Shown: positions 9,713 through 19,081 of the stretch, in pieces
Layout: each line of letters starts with the position of its first letter
Numbering within the stretch: the stretch's first letter is position 1
NCBI GenBank assembly: GCA_015063985.1
Contig: SVTC01000007.1
Coordinates: 35,477-99,476, forward strand
DNA length: 64,000 nucleotides
Origin: Oscillospiraceae bacterium
GTDB taxonomy: Bacteria; Bacillota; Clostridia; Oscillospirales; SIG627
Reading direction: 5' to 3'
Program-made: the position numbers and the translations under genes
Notes under the pieces: model-generated
Databases searched by the model: none
What the model saw: only the letters and a program-made list of their open reading frames with translations
Told to the model about the DNA's origin: nothing

Positions 9713-10225
9713 TTATTCATTAAAAAAGTCCATTAAACCTGCAAGCCTGGGATCGACCTGCTTCTTTGCACAGTCGCAGTCTTCAAGGTTTAAGTTGATG
9801 CCGCAGTGAGGACAAAGTCCCTTGCAATCCTCCGAGCACAAAAGCCTTGTGGGGAGATTTATGCCGAGGTATTCGTACACAATGGCTCCCAGATCTATCC
9901 GGGAGTCCTCCACGATGAAATAATCACCGTCTTGGTCGGGGATGCTGTCGGGCTCGAAGCCATCCAGCTCAACATTTACCTCCAGCGCTGATCTCACTGT
10001 CTCTAAGCATCTGGCGCAGGGGGATGAAAAGCCGAAGGTCAACTTACCTTCCATCCTGACAAAGCCTCCGCATTCTTTAACGACACCGGCGAATCGCACT
10101 GCTCCGTCGGGAACAATGTCCGGGTCATCAATATCAGGGTTCAGGCTTACGTCAAATTTTCTGAGCGTTTCCTCACCCGATAGGAGCGTTGATATATCAA
10201 GAAGCACAGTTTTGTCATTTGCCAT
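9713..10225 (-). CDS. DUF177 (YceD-like) protein
   Basis: 170 aa, acidic, with paired CxxC motifs (CARC, CPHC). Canonical position upstream of rpmF. Confidence 0.8.
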   Translation of the reverse strand: MANDKTVLLDISTLLSGEETLRKFDVSLNPDIDDPDIVPDGAVRFAGVVKECGGFVRMEGKLTFGFSSPCARCLETVRSALEVNVELDGFEPDSIPDQDGDYFIVEDSRIDLGAIVYEYLGINLPTRLLCSEDCKGLCPHCGINLNLEDCDCAKKQVDPRLAGLMDFFNE

Positions 10226-10280
10226 CTATATCACCTCAAAGCACGGCATTTATAAATTATAGACTAAAATCTAAGTTTTG

Positions 10281-11591
10281 TCAATACATTATGCCTAATT
10301 TTTTTAAATTTCCTTGAAGGGTCAAATTAGCCGTCACGTAATACTCCCCAAGCACGTACGCCTCCGATGAGGATTGGAACTCCACCTTAACGGGAACCGC
10401 ACTCTTTATACCCTCTGTGTCGAAGGAAGAAAGATCTATCCTAATCTTTATATCCGCAGGATTGAGGGCGGAAAGTGCGTCGGCTCTTCCTCTGAAGCTA
10501 AGATTCAATGCCTCTCTGTCAAAGCTGTAATCAAGTCCTGCGGGAGCTATAACCGTCACGTTTTCTCCGCTGAGAGGTACGGTGATCTCCGCAGAGCTGT
10601 TAAGAAGCCTCAATTCAACGTCGAAGCCGGATTTGTAAACGTCCGGATCGTTAAGCTGCACTCCCTCGGGAAGCACAAGACTGTCATAGCTTAAAGCGGT
10701 GTTTGACACAGGCGCCGACAAGAAGCTTTCATCAAAGGTCTTAAGATCAACAAACTCCAGACCGTCTATCACGTCGGGGTCGCCCTTCAGCTTGACCGTA
10801 GCCGGCGTTATCTTCACGTTGACGTCGTCCTCTCCCAGGTATCCGCTGAGAAAATCGACCTTCAAGGGCACGGATTTTGTCTTATATACTTTATAGCTGA
10901 CGGTGATCTGATTAACCGCACATTTTACGTAGGGGCTTTCGACCTTGTTTCCGTCACTATCGGTCAGCATGACTGTTCCGAGAATATCAAAGCTGTCGGT
11001 CACGTTACCCAGATCAAGGCTTACGGTGGCATTCTTCACCGTTTCGAGAAGCTTTGCGGGGCCGGTAACGTTAACGGTGGTCTGGGAAAGCACGGGGGCA
11101 GATATCTCTATATCACCGGGCTTTGTCATAGATATAACGTTTATCTTTACGGGAACGGGAACCGTGGCGCTTTCATCCGCGTATACGGTGACAGTCTGGG
11201 GATAGCAGCTCACCACGCTCATTCCGTCGGGCAATTCATACTTGACAGTCAGCTTGGTATCTCCGGCAGCGGAAACTCCGTCAAGATCCACCCAGCAAAC
11301 TATATCCGACGCCTTGAGCTTTGAAATGTCGGCTTTTCTGCCCGATACGGTTATATCGGCAGTAGCACCGTGTCCCGAAAGAACACTAAAGCCCTTATCT
11401 GACAAAAGCTTATCGGAATTTTCCAGGGCTATGGGAATATAGGTAAACTTCTTCTCTGCCATATCCGTATCCACGCCCGCAACATAGAACCACAAAAACA
11501 CCGCACAAAGAACCGCCAGGATCAAATAGAGCAGTGAAGGCTTTTTCTTCGCAACCGAGCCGGAATCAATTATCGTTTCGTTACCGTTCAC
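10281..11591 (-). CDS. cdaR: YbbR-domain protein, regulator of diadenylate cyclase
   Basis: N-terminal TM helix followed by repeated YbbR-like beta domains. It overlaps the end of cdaA by 11 nt. Confidence 0.8.
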   Translation of the reverse strand: MNGNETIIDSGSVAKKKPSLLYLILAVLCAVFLWFYVAGVDTDMAEKKFTYIPIALENSDKLLSDKGFSVLSGHGATADITVSGRKADISKLKASDIVCWVDLDGVSAAGDTKLTVKYELPDGMSVVSCYPQTVTVYADESATVPVPVKINVISMTKPGDIEISAPVLSQTTVNVTGPAKLLETVKNATVSLDLGNVTDSFDILGTVMLTDSDGNKVESPYVKCAVNQITVSYKVYKTKSVPLKVDFLSGYLGEDDVNVKITPATVKLKGDPDVIDGLEFVDLKTFDESFLSAPVSNTALSYDSLVLPEGVQLNDPDVYKSGFDVELRLLNSSAEITVPLSGENVTVIAPAGLDYSFDREALNLSFRGRADALSALNPADIKIRIDLSSFDTEGIKSAVPVKVEFQSSSEAYVLGEYYVTANLTLQGNLKKLGIMY

Positions 11592-12471
11592 CGTTCTTTC
11601 CTCCTTTTTTCTTTGTGAGAGTATACAGCTTTTTCACAGGATTTTCCTTCTTTTGGGCATCCACCTCATAAAGAAGCTTAAGCTGCTCGGCAAGACTGTG
11701 CTTATCAAAATTTCTGGTAAGCTTGCCGTCGCGGGCAACGGAGATCATTCCCGTTTCCTCGCTGACCACTATAACAAAGGCATCGCTGACCTCACTCAGA
11801 CCTATTGCGGCTCTGTGGCGGGTTCCCAGCTCCTTTATTATCTCGTGGTTGTGGCTCAGCGGCAGAAAGCAGCCGCAGGCATACACTCTCGAGTCGCGTA
11901 TTATCATTGCACCGTCGTGCAAGGGAGCCTTGTTAAAGAAGATATTGCCTATAAGATATCTGGATACGTCGGCATTTACCACAACTCCGCTCTTTATCTC
12001 ATCGCCCAGCTTGGTAATGCCCTCAATGGCGATAAGTGCGCCCGTCCTGCTCTCGCTGAGATTGGCGCAGGCCTCGCAGATCTCCTCTATAAGCGCGGTC
12101 TTTTCGGTGTTTTCCTTGTTCTCACTGAGCTTGGTAAGCCCCTTTATTGAGCTTCCGCCCATTTTTTCAAGCATACTTCTCAGCTCGGGCTGGAAGATAA
12201 CTATCAAAGCCACCATTCCGACCTGCACCACGTTTTCCAAAATAAATCCCAAAGAGCGCATAGATAGAACGTTGCTTATCATTACCGCCAACAGCAAGAA
12301 TATTACGCCGATAGCAAGCCTTCCCGCTCTTCTTTCGCGGATAAACACCAAAACGTAATAAAGCAGTATGCTCACAAGGGCTATATCCACAAAATCCACA
12401 AGCCCCATGGAGGAAAACTGATCGCAAACATATTCCCAAAGGTTTTTCAAATAGTCCAAGATCTGTCCCAT
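11581..12471 (-). CDS. cdaA: membrane-bound diadenylate cyclase (c-di-AMP synthase)
   Basis: Three N-terminal TM helices and DAC-domain motifs LHDGAMII and GTRHRAA. Confidence 0.9.
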   Translation of the reverse strand: MGQILDYLKNLWEYVCDQFSSMGLVDFVDIALVSILLYYVLVFIRERRAGRLAIGVIFLLLAVMISNVLSMRSLGFILENVVQVGMVALIVIFQPELRSMLEKMGGSSIKGLTKLSENKENTEKTALIEEICEACANLSESRTGALIAIEGITKLGDEIKSGVVVNADVSRYLIGNIFFNKAPLHDGAMIIRDSRVYACGCFLPLSHNHEIIKELGTRHRAAIGLSEVSDAFVIVVSEETGMISVARDGKLTRNFDKHSLAEQLKLLYEVDAQKKENPVKKLYTLTKKKGGKNGER

Positions 12472-12504
12472 TTTAAGACTCCGATAAAAAAGTATAGTTC
12501 AGAC

Positions 12505-14337
12505 TCAGTCGATGCTCTCCATCAATTCAAGAGTCTGGGAAATGAGCTCTCCCGTCTCGTCGGCTGTAAGCTGTCTTTGAGCCATAACCGCAAGCATATA
12601 GATCTGACGTGCAAGCTTTTTGGCGTTGTCAGGCTTTGTCTCGTTCATCTTCTCCAGCTTATCCATCAAGGGACAAGAAAGGTTAAGGCAAAGCTTCTCG
12701 CCCGCCTGAGAGGGCATATCGGGACCGCCGTTTCTTGCGGTGTAGAATTTCATCATATCATCGAAGCGTCTCTGCTCCTCGTTGAAGGTGATTATGGCAG
12801 GTGTTTTCTCGTTCTTGAGTCTTGTCATCTCGACCTGTGTACCCTCACCCACAACAGACTTGAAGAGCTCGGTAAGCTTTTCTCTGTCCTCGGCGTCACC
12901 CTCGCCCTTGAGAACACTGTCCACGTCGCCGTCTATTCTTACAAACTTCAGCTCCTTGTTCTCGTTCTCCATAAAGGTAACGAACTGAGTGTCGATGACC
13001 GCATCCAATACCGCAACGGGTATCTGCTGCTGACGGAAAAGCTCCACGTAGCTTGCCTGACGGATCACGTCGTTGGTGTAGTACACCTTCTTTTCCTCGG
13101 AGGAAAGCTCACCGAGATATTCCTCAACGGTGCGGCACTTGTCGTCGGTGCATTTGAGAAGCATCATATTCTTAGTTCTGTCAAAGAACTTTCTGTCCCT
13201 CATACAGCCGTATTCCACAAAGGGCTTAACGTCTGCCCAGAAGCCCTCCAGCATCTCACGCTGATTGTTGAAAAGTCCGTTGAGCTTGTCGCAGACCTTC
13301 TTTACTATGTGGGCACTGAGCTTTGCCACGTAGCCCGAGTTTTGCAGATAGCTTCTGGATACGTTCAAGGGAAGCTCGGGGCAATCCAGAACACCCTTCA
13401 AAAGCATAAGATATTCGGGTATTACCTCCTTGATATTGTCGGCAACGAACACCTGATTATAATAAAGCTTGACCTGACCCTCAAGGTTGGCATACTCGTG
13501 GCTGAGCTTGGGGAAATACAAAATACCCTTAAAATTCAAGGGGAAGTCCGCGTTGATATGAATGTAGAACAAGGGGTCGTTCATATCGGGGAAAAGCTTG
13601 TGATAAAAGCTCTTGTAATCCTCCTCGGTGCATTCGGAGGGATTCTTCTGCCACAGGGGCTGAGTATCGTTTACCGCCTCGGGAGCTTTTCCCTCCTCGG
13701 GGGTCTCCTCCGCATCCTCTACAAATATCTCCACCGGCATAAAGGCGCAGTACTTTTTGATAAGCCCCTCAACGGTGCTCTTTTCAAGGAAGCTCTTTTC
13801 CGCCTCGGTAACGTGCATGACCACCTTGGTCCCGCGCTCATTCAGCTCGCAAGCCTCCATGGTGTATTCTCCGCTTTCGTTGCAGCTCCAGTGAACGCCC
13901 TCTGCATCGGTATAGCTCTTTGTGAAGAGCTCAACGGTGTCACTTACCATAAAGGCACTGTAAAAGCCAAGACCGAAGTGACCGATAATACCGCCGTCAC
14001 CCTCTCCCTGATACTTTTCCACAAATTCCAATGCACCGGAAAGAGCGATCTGACAAATATACTTTGAGACCTCCTCCCCGCTCATTCCTATACCGTTGTC
14101 GGTAACGGTAAGAGTACCCAGCTTCTTGTCCACTGCCACCCTTATCTTGTAATCATCCGCTGCCTCAGCCTGAGAAAGACTGACCAGACGCTTCATTTTC
14201 GTGATCGCATCGCAGGCGTTGGAAACTATCTCTCTTAAAAAGATCTCCTTGTCCGAATAGAGCCATCTTTTTATAACAGGGAATATATGCTCCGTCTGTA
14301 CGGATATTCCACCCTTTTGAATCTTTTCTTCTGCCAT
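12505..14337 (-). CDS. htpG: molecular chaperone HtpG (Hsp90 family)
   Basis: 610 aa with GHKL ATPase motifs (REIVSNACDA, DNGIGM, HFGLGFYSAFMV). Confidence 0.95.
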   Translation of the reverse strand: MAEEKIQKGGISVQTEHIFPVIKRWLYSDKEIFLREIVSNACDAITKMKRLVSLSQAEAADDYKIRVAVDKKLGTLTVTDNGIGMSGEEVSKYICQIALSGALEFVEKYQGEGDGGIIGHFGLGFYSAFMVSDTVELFTKSYTDAEGVHWSCNESGEYTMEACELNERGTKVVMHVTEAEKSFLEKSTVEGLIKKYCAFMPVEIFVEDAEETPEEGKAPEAVNDTQPLWQKNPSECTEEDYKSFYHKLFPDMNDPLFYIHINADFPLNFKGILYFPKLSHEYANLEGQVKLYYNQVFVADNIKEVIPEYLMLLKGVLDCPELPLNVSRSYLQNSGYVAKLSAHIVKKVCDKLNGLFNNQREMLEGFWADVKPFVEYGCMRDRKFFDRTKNMMLLKCTDDKCRTVEEYLGELSSEEKKVYYTNDVIRQASYVELFRQQQIPVAVLDAVIDTQFVTFMENENKELKFVRIDGDVDSVLKGEGDAEDREKLTELFKSVVGEGTQVEMTRLKNEKTPAIITFNEEQRRFDDMMKFYTARNGGPDMPSQAGEKLCLNLSCPLMDKLEKMNETKPDNAKKLARQIYMLAVMAQRQLTADETGELISQTLELMESID

Positions 14338-14489
14338 TATTAAACCTTCATCTCCCGTTTTGCCGTAAAAACAGCCATTTTTACTTATATGTATAATTAT
14401 ATCACAGTAAAGGGCCTTATTGCAATAGTGAAAAAGTATTTTTATTGTAAATAAACTTTTAGTTTTTCTTTCCCCTCCAAGTGAAAATA

Positions 14490-14516
14490 GGGCTGATCCG
14501 AAAATCGGATCAGCCC
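14490..14516 (-). terminator. intrinsic terminator of the flippase gene
   Basis: GGGCTGATCCG / CGGATCAGCCC stem with a 5-nt loop. On the minus strand it is followed by TATTTTC. Confidence 0.6.
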
Positions 14517-14522
14517 CGGAAT

Positions 14523-15770
14523 TTATTTCTCCGCCTTTAATAGGTGCTTATTTTTCAATATCACCGCTATTCTGTAAATAAGGATAAATCCCTCCGTGCA
14601 GCTTGTGGCTATTCCCAGAGTGACTATATTAAGCACTCCCGCTAAAAACAGTATTGCAAGAGCAGCTATGTGGAATACTCCCGCAAAAACCACGGAAAGA
14701 TTTGCTTGCTTGGCAAGCCCCATAGCTCCCAAAGTGGGAAATCCCAAAAGATAGCTTGGAAGGATCATAACTCCGATAGGCAAAAGAGTTCTGAGGGAAA
14801 CACCCGCGCCCTCAAAGCCCTCTCCGAAAAACCAAAGACAAATAGGCTCTGACCATATAAACATCACCGTGCAGGCAATGATTATCACAGGCTCCAAGGC
14901 CAAAAGCACCTTTTTTATTATGGAAAAATCTCTGTGCTTTATCATATAGGGATAAACACTGTCGCTTATGGGAGATATTCCGTTTTTAGCCGTGGTCATA
15001 AGCTTATCCGCGGAGGTATAAAAGCCCGTCATCGAGCCCGCGCTGATAAGGTCGAGGACCACCGTATTTGCAAAGGTATAGGCAGTGGTGGCGATCCTGG
15101 AAAGAAAGAAGGTCGCGCTTCTTCTGAATCTGAAAAGCATATCCCGAAGGCTTATACGGCATAGCCCTATTCCAAGCCTTCGCCTCAGATCCCACACCGA
15201 TGCCAAAAGGGCACCCAGATTTCCGATCGCCTGCAAAATAGGGATAAAAACAACGTCCTCCGGTCTTTTTACAAAAACAAAGACCATAAGCGTGAAGAAC
15301 AGCTTTATTATAACGGTCCTGACGGTTATCGCCGTCATTTTTTCTATGCCGCGATACAAATAGTCGGGTATAAGACTGTTTATAGCCGTTGCCGCAAAAT
15401 AAAAGAGAAGAACGTCTCTGTTTTGGTTCCATCTGTCCACGGAAAGACACATCACAAAGATCACCGCAAAGCTTACGGCGGTCAGCAAAAGCTTGTTTGC
15501 GCTGACGGAGGTAAAGATCCTTGAAAGCATTCTCTTGTCGTCGCGGTTGTTGGCGACCTCCTCCGTAGCGGAAAGAAGAAAGCCGAAATCTATTACCAGC
15601 TGCACAAAGCCCATCAAGGCGGCGGCAACGCCCAATACTCCGTATACCTCGTCTCCCAGCACTCTCGTCTGATACGGGACCACGATAAGTCCCATAAGAT
15701 AGTTGGAAAAGGTGAGGATATAGAGCATCACCGTGTTTTTTAAAAGATTTCTTTTACCGGTATTTGCCAT
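14523..15770 (-). CDS. polysaccharide/teichoic-acid flippase (MOP/Wzx-like superfamily)
   Basis: 415 aa with about 12 TM helices. The N-terminus is typical of polysaccharide biosynthesis protein flippases, and it is adjacent to tagD. Confidence 0.7.
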   Translation of the reverse strand: MANTGKRNLLKNTVMLYILTFSNYLMGLIVVPYQTRVLGDEVYGVLGVAAALMGFVQLVIDFGFLLSATEEVANNRDDKRMLSRIFTSVSANKLLLTAVSFAVIFVMCLSVDRWNQNRDVLLFYFAATAINSLIPDYLYRGIEKMTAITVRTVIIKLFFTLMVFVFVKRPEDVVFIPILQAIGNLGALLASVWDLRRRLGIGLCRISLRDMLFRFRRSATFFLSRIATTAYTFANTVVLDLISAGSMTGFYTSADKLMTTAKNGISPISDSVYPYMIKHRDFSIIKKVLLALEPVIIIACTVMFIWSEPICLWFFGEGFEGAGVSLRTLLPIGVMILPSYLLGFPTLGAMGLAKQANLSVVFAGVFHIAALAILFLAGVLNIVTLGIATSCTEGFILIYRIAVILKNKHLLKAEK

Positions 15771-15777
15771 ATCAGCC

Positions 15778-16170
15778 TCAACCGTGAAGGTTATTTTTTA
15801 TCTGACTTGTGGATACCTCGGGAGTTCTGGAAAGGTATACCACCTCGACCCCCGTCTCCTTCAGATAATCAAACTTGCCCTTCCAATCGTCGCCGATAAC
15901 AAAAACGTCAACGTGGTATTCCTTCATATCACTGACCTTCTGCTCCCAGCTCTCCTCGGGAATAACAAGGTCAACGTATCTTATCGCCTCAAGCAAAAGC
16001 TTTCTCTGCTGATAGGAAAAATAGCAGTTCTTCTTTTTCTGCAAATAGTTAAATTCATCGGTGGAAAGACATACGATAAGGTAATCACCAAGCTCCTTTG
16101 CACGTCTTAATAAATTTATATGTCCGTAATGCAAAAGGTCAAAGGTACCGTAGGTTATGACTCTTTTCAT
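15778..16170 (-). CDS. tagD: glycerol-3-phosphate cytidylyltransferase
   Basis: MKRVITYGTFDLLHYGHINLL...GDDWKGKFD closely matches TagD. I chose the start at 16170 because GGGAGA lies 6 nt upstream; the longer ORF to 16263 is unlikely. Confidence 0.9.
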   Translation of the reverse strand: MKRVITYGTFDLLHYGHINLLRRAKELGDYLIVCLSTDEFNYLQKKKNCYFSYQQRKLLLEAIRYVDLVIPEESWEQKVSDMKEYHVDVFVIGDDWKGKFDYLKETGVEVVYLSRTPEVSTSQIKNNLHG

Positions 16171-16203
16171 TTTTTCTCCCATTTCTTCCGTTTGTTTTAC
16201 TCT

Positions 16204-16232
16204 ATCATACCACAAATTTATGCCGTTGTCAA
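16204..16232 (-). promoter_or_regulatory. sigma-A type promoter for tagD
   Basis: Minus strand reads TTGACA (16232-16227), a 17-nt spacer, then TATGAT (16209-16204). Confidence 0.6.
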
Positions 16233-16247
16233 ATTTCTTAAGAAAAG

Positions 16248-16360
16248 CAGAGGTTTTCCACATATGTGGAAAACCTCTGTGGAAAAGTTATTGTAAACCA
16301 AAATCCCTTTTTTATACTCTTTTATCGACTTTTTTCTCAGATGCTTAAAGTTATGTAAAC
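16248..16360. repeat. copy 1 of a dispersed repeat: 32-bp perfect palindrome, GTTATTGTAAACC box and TATGTAAAC box
   Basis: CAGAGGTTTTCCACATATGTGGAAAACCTCTG (16248-16279) is a perfect palindrome. The 47-nt core at 16253-16299 matches 17764-17810 at 41/47 positions. The second box, TATGTAAAC, is at 16352-16360. Confidence 0.85.
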
Positions 16361-16367
16361 CATACCC

Positions 16368-17102
16368 CTATTCTTCGGCAAAAAATTCCCTTGTTATCTT
16401 AGCGAACACGTCTCCCAGAGGAGCTCTTATTACAAGCTCCGCCTCGTTGTCAAGCGGCGTGGGAGAAAGATTGAGTATGACCAGCTTTTTCGCGCTTTGA
16501 GCAAAGGATGCCGCAGGCCACACGGTAAGAGAGGTGCCGCAGGCTATAACGAGCTCTGCTCTTTCGCATTCCGCCTCCGCCTTCTCAAGGCACTTTTTCT
16601 CCAGAGCCTCGCCGTATAGGGTGACCCGCGGTCTGACTATCCCCGCGCAGTCGCTGCAACGGCAGATCCCGTCACACTCCTCAACCTGCATCCTTGTATA
16701 GCTTCTTCCGCAACGCATACAGTAGTAATCCCTGCAGTTTCCGTGAAGCTCTATAACTCTTTCGGAGCCTGCCGCAGTATGAAGTCCGTCTATATTCTGG
16801 GTAATCACCCCATTTGCCAAGCCCGCCTTTTCAAGTCTTGCCATAGCATAATGAACCGAATTGGGCCTTGCATCGCTAAAAAGCATATTCTTTCTGAAAA
16901 ACCTATAAAACTCCTCGGGCTCTCTTACAAGACATTCCCTGCTTAAATAATACTCATTTCCCAAGCCCGAATTCTTATAAAGGCCCTTATCGCCGCGAAA
17001 ATCGGGTATTCCGCTATCGGTGGATACTCCCGCCCCGGTGAAAAACAAGCTGCCTTCGGAGTATTTTATCAGATCGCAAAGCTTTTTTATTTCTTTTTCC
17101 AT
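16368..17102 (-). CDS. NAD-dependent protein deacylase (sirtuin, CobB/SrtN type)
   Basis: GAGVSTDSGIPDFRG, the QNIDGLH motif and a Zn-ribbon (CMRC...CSDC). Confidence 0.85.
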   Translation of the reverse strand: MEKEIKKLCDLIKYSEGSLFFTGAGVSTDSGIPDFRGDKGLYKNSGLGNEYYLSRECLVREPEEFYRFFRKNMLFSDARPNSVHYAMARLEKAGLANGVITQNIDGLHTAAGSERVIELHGNCRDYYCMRCGRSYTRMQVEECDGICRCSDCAGIVRPRVTLYGEALEKKCLEKAEAECERAELVIACGTSLTVWPAASFAQSAKKLVILNLSPTPLDNEAELVIRAPLGDVFAKITREFFAEE

Positions 17103-17105
17103 AGC

Positions 17106-17657
17106 TTATTCTTTTGCCGCTTCCTTAATTGCATCTGCTACGGCCTTTGCGCAAAGCTCTATCCCCTCGGCTGAAAGATGGATAAGATCGTCGCAAATAT
17201 ATCTGTCCACGTCCTGCTTCACAAGAGCGTTCAGATCGTTTATCCTTACCCCCATCTTGGAAAGCTCCGGTACAACCGCCGCATTATATTTGTCTATGAT
17301 GGCATTATTATTGTCAGGTTTTCCCTGCCTTACGGGAGTTGTGGTGGCAAAGATCACCTTGCCGTAATTATCCTTTAATATCTTTGCTATCTTGACAGTA
17401 TTCTTAACGTACTCGTCTACGTCGGTAAAGGATTCATTGTCAAAAAGGATGCAGGTATCCCAAAGTCCCACGTTGAAATGGACTATCTCGGAGCCCTTCA
17501 TATTCTTTCTCCACTCATAGATGCCTCTGAGAGTATATTTTGCAAATCTGCAGTTCTCCTCGGGCTGAAACACCTCAAAGTCCTCACCCAAAAGCTTTTC
17601 CGTTTCCTTTCCGTATCCCAAAAGCCTTATTGAATCTCCAAGCAAGCTTATCTTCAT
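17106..17657 (-). CDS. SGNH/GDSL-family hydrolase
   Basis: The block I motif LLGDSI follows the start at 17657 (MKISLLGDSIR). The upstream extension to 17726 is unlikely. Confidence 0.65.
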   Translation of the reverse strand: MKISLLGDSIRLLGYGKETEKLLGEDFEVFQPEENCRFAKYTLRGIYEWRKNMKGSEIVHFNVGLWDTCILFDNESFTDVDEYVKNTVKIAKILKDNYGKVIFATTTPVRQGKPDNNNAIIDKYNAAVVPELSKMGVRINDLNALVKQDVDRYICDDLIHLSAEGIELCAKAVADAIKEAAKE

Positions 17658-17763
17658 TATTTCTCCTCTTTTCACTTTTTCTTTAGGTATATAATACCAC
17701 AACTTTTCCCACAATGCAATAACCAAAGCGCTTCACCGTGCAAAAAAATACACACCGCAAAAA

Positions 17764-17871
17764 GTTTTCCACACCTGGGGAAAACTCCTGTGAAAAAGTT
17801 ATTGTAAACCTCGAAAACTCCTTTTTCGGGCTTTTAAGCCATTATTTTCTCCGATAAAAAAATATGTAAAC
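17764..17871. repeat. copy 2 of the 16248-16360 repeat
   Basis: GTTTTCCACACCTGGGGAAAACTCCTGTGAAAAAGTTATTGTAAACC (17764-17810) and TATGTAAAC (17863-17871). The two boxes sit at the same 53-nt offset as in copy 1. Confidence 0.85.
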
Positions 17872-17911
17872 TCTTTTTTCACCAAGGTGATGGGGAAAAG
17901 TATTTTCGGTA

Positions 17912-17940
17912 TTGAATATTTTCCGCCGTTATGCTACAAT
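17912..17940 (+). promoter_or_regulatory. sigma-A type promoter for the 17973 gene
   Basis: TTGAAT (17912-17917), a 17-nt spacer, then TACAAT (17935-17940). Confidence 0.5.
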
Positions 17941-17972
17941 ATATTCACCGTTTTACCGAAAAGGAGACGAAA

Positions 17973-18752
17973 ATGGAATTTGGATTTTACGTCGGCTTTA
18001 ACCGACTTTTTGAAAGTATGGATCCCGTCAGCGTATTAAGCACCGCAAAAAAAATGGGATATAGCTTTTTTGAACCCCTGCATTCCTCGCGACTGTATCT
18101 GAAAAACTCGCCCGAGGCGTTAAAGGAAGCAATGGCAGAAACGGGCGTAGGCATTCATTGCTACAGCGTGGGACTTAATATCTTTACCCAAAAAGGGCTG
18201 GACACCGCCAAGGAATGTCTGAGGATCGCCTCCTTTTTAGGCGCCGAGCATCTGCACCACACAATGTGCTTTTCCCTTACCGAAAAGAATAATATAGACG
18301 ATATTATATCCCCCACCGCCAAAAACACCGCCGCTGTCTGCGATATGGCAAAGGAGCTTGGAATGAACGTGCTGGTGGAAAACCAAGGGCTGGTGTTCAA
18401 CGGTGCAGATAACTTAAGCCGTCTTTTCGAGGCGGTAAACAGAGATAATTTTTTCTTTTGCTCCGATCTGGGAAACAGCCTCTTCGTGGGAGAGGATCAC
18501 ATCCACGCCGCAAAAAGGTTTATGCATCTGACAAAGCACGTCCACGTAAAGGACTATCGCTTCACCGCCGAAGGCCCCTATCGCACCCCCGACTCAAGAG
18601 CCTTTGAGGAGGTCATTCCCGGAGAGGGAGATCTGCCCTTAAGAGAGCTTCTTGGTCTATACAAGGATAAAAGCATCCCAATCTCGGTGGAATATTCCTG
18701 CCCCGAGGCACAGTACGAAAAAGCACTTAACTGCACAAAGGCACTGCTTTAA
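17973..18752 (+). CDS. sugar phosphate isomerase/epimerase (xylose-isomerase-like TIM barrel), paralog 1
   Basis: Family-typical pattern (LVENQG, HVHVKDY). The start at MEFGF has AAGGAG 7 nt upstream. Confidence 0.65.
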   Translation: MEFGFYVGFNRLFESMDPVSVLSTAKKMGYSFFEPLHSSRLYLKNSPEALKEAMAETGVGIHCYSVGLNIFTQKGLDTAKECLRIASFLGAEHLHHTMCFSLTEKNNIDDIISPTAKNTAAVCDMAKELGMNVLVENQGLVFNGADNLSRLFEAVNRDNFFFCSDLGNSLFVGEDHIHAAKRFMHLTKHVHVKDYRFTAEGPYRTPDSRAFEEVIPGEGDLPLRELLGLYKDKSIPISVEYSCPEAQYEKALNCTKALL

Positions 18753-18811
18753 GAAATGCAAAAGCCGCCGAGCTACCCTCGGCGGCATATTTTTTATTAA
18801 AGACGGGACTC

Positions 18812-19024
18812 TCAGACTATGATAGCCGCCGCAAGCGCGGGATCTATGCTGTACCTGCCGTCCTTGATGCTTACCACGCAGCTTCCCTTACGGCGCGATA
18901 CCACGGTTATAGGCTCGCCGCTATAGCAGCCCAAAGAGAATAAAAAGCTATTAAGCTCTTCGTCGTCGGTCTCAATGCTTTTGATTATATATTCCTTTCC
19001 CTCTTGTGCATCGTTCAGATTCAT
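18812..19024 (-). CDS. FeoA-domain small protein (orphan, no feoB nearby)
   Basis: The 70-aa SH3-like FeoA pattern (KEYIIKSI...GCYSGEPITVVSR...VSIKDGRYSI). The start at 19024 has GGGAGA upstream. Confidence 0.65.
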   Translation of the reverse strand: MNLNDAQEGKEYIIKSIETDDEELNSFLFSLGCYSGEPITVVSRRKGSCVVSIKDGRYSIDPALAAAIIV

Positions 19025-19081
19025 TTTCTTCTCCCGTAAAGCAAAGTCGATTAGCAAGGACTAACTCCCGCCCACAAAAAA

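Noticed and set aside
12577-14067. A 496-aa ORF on the plus strand opposite htpG. There are similar long antisense ORFs at 2941-4071, 6808-8121, 20314-21753, 28013-28843, 34594-35757, 36852-38525 and 46540-47586.
   Set aside because: Each lies antisense to a gene with unmistakable family motifs. Their translations are low-complexity (Leu/Val/Gly/His-rich) with no recognisable motifs or ribosome-binding sites. They are shadow ORFs that stay open because of the codon bias of the true gene.
16368-17102. The SIR2-domain protein as an anti-phage effector (Thoeris ThsA, DSR or SIR2-HerA type).
   Set aside because: It is a compact 244-aa canonical sirtuin with GAGVSTDSGIPDFRG and a Zn-ribbon. It has no fused sensor domain or partner gene (no TIR, HerA, pAgo or SLOG). 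A housekeeping protein deacylase is the simpler reading.
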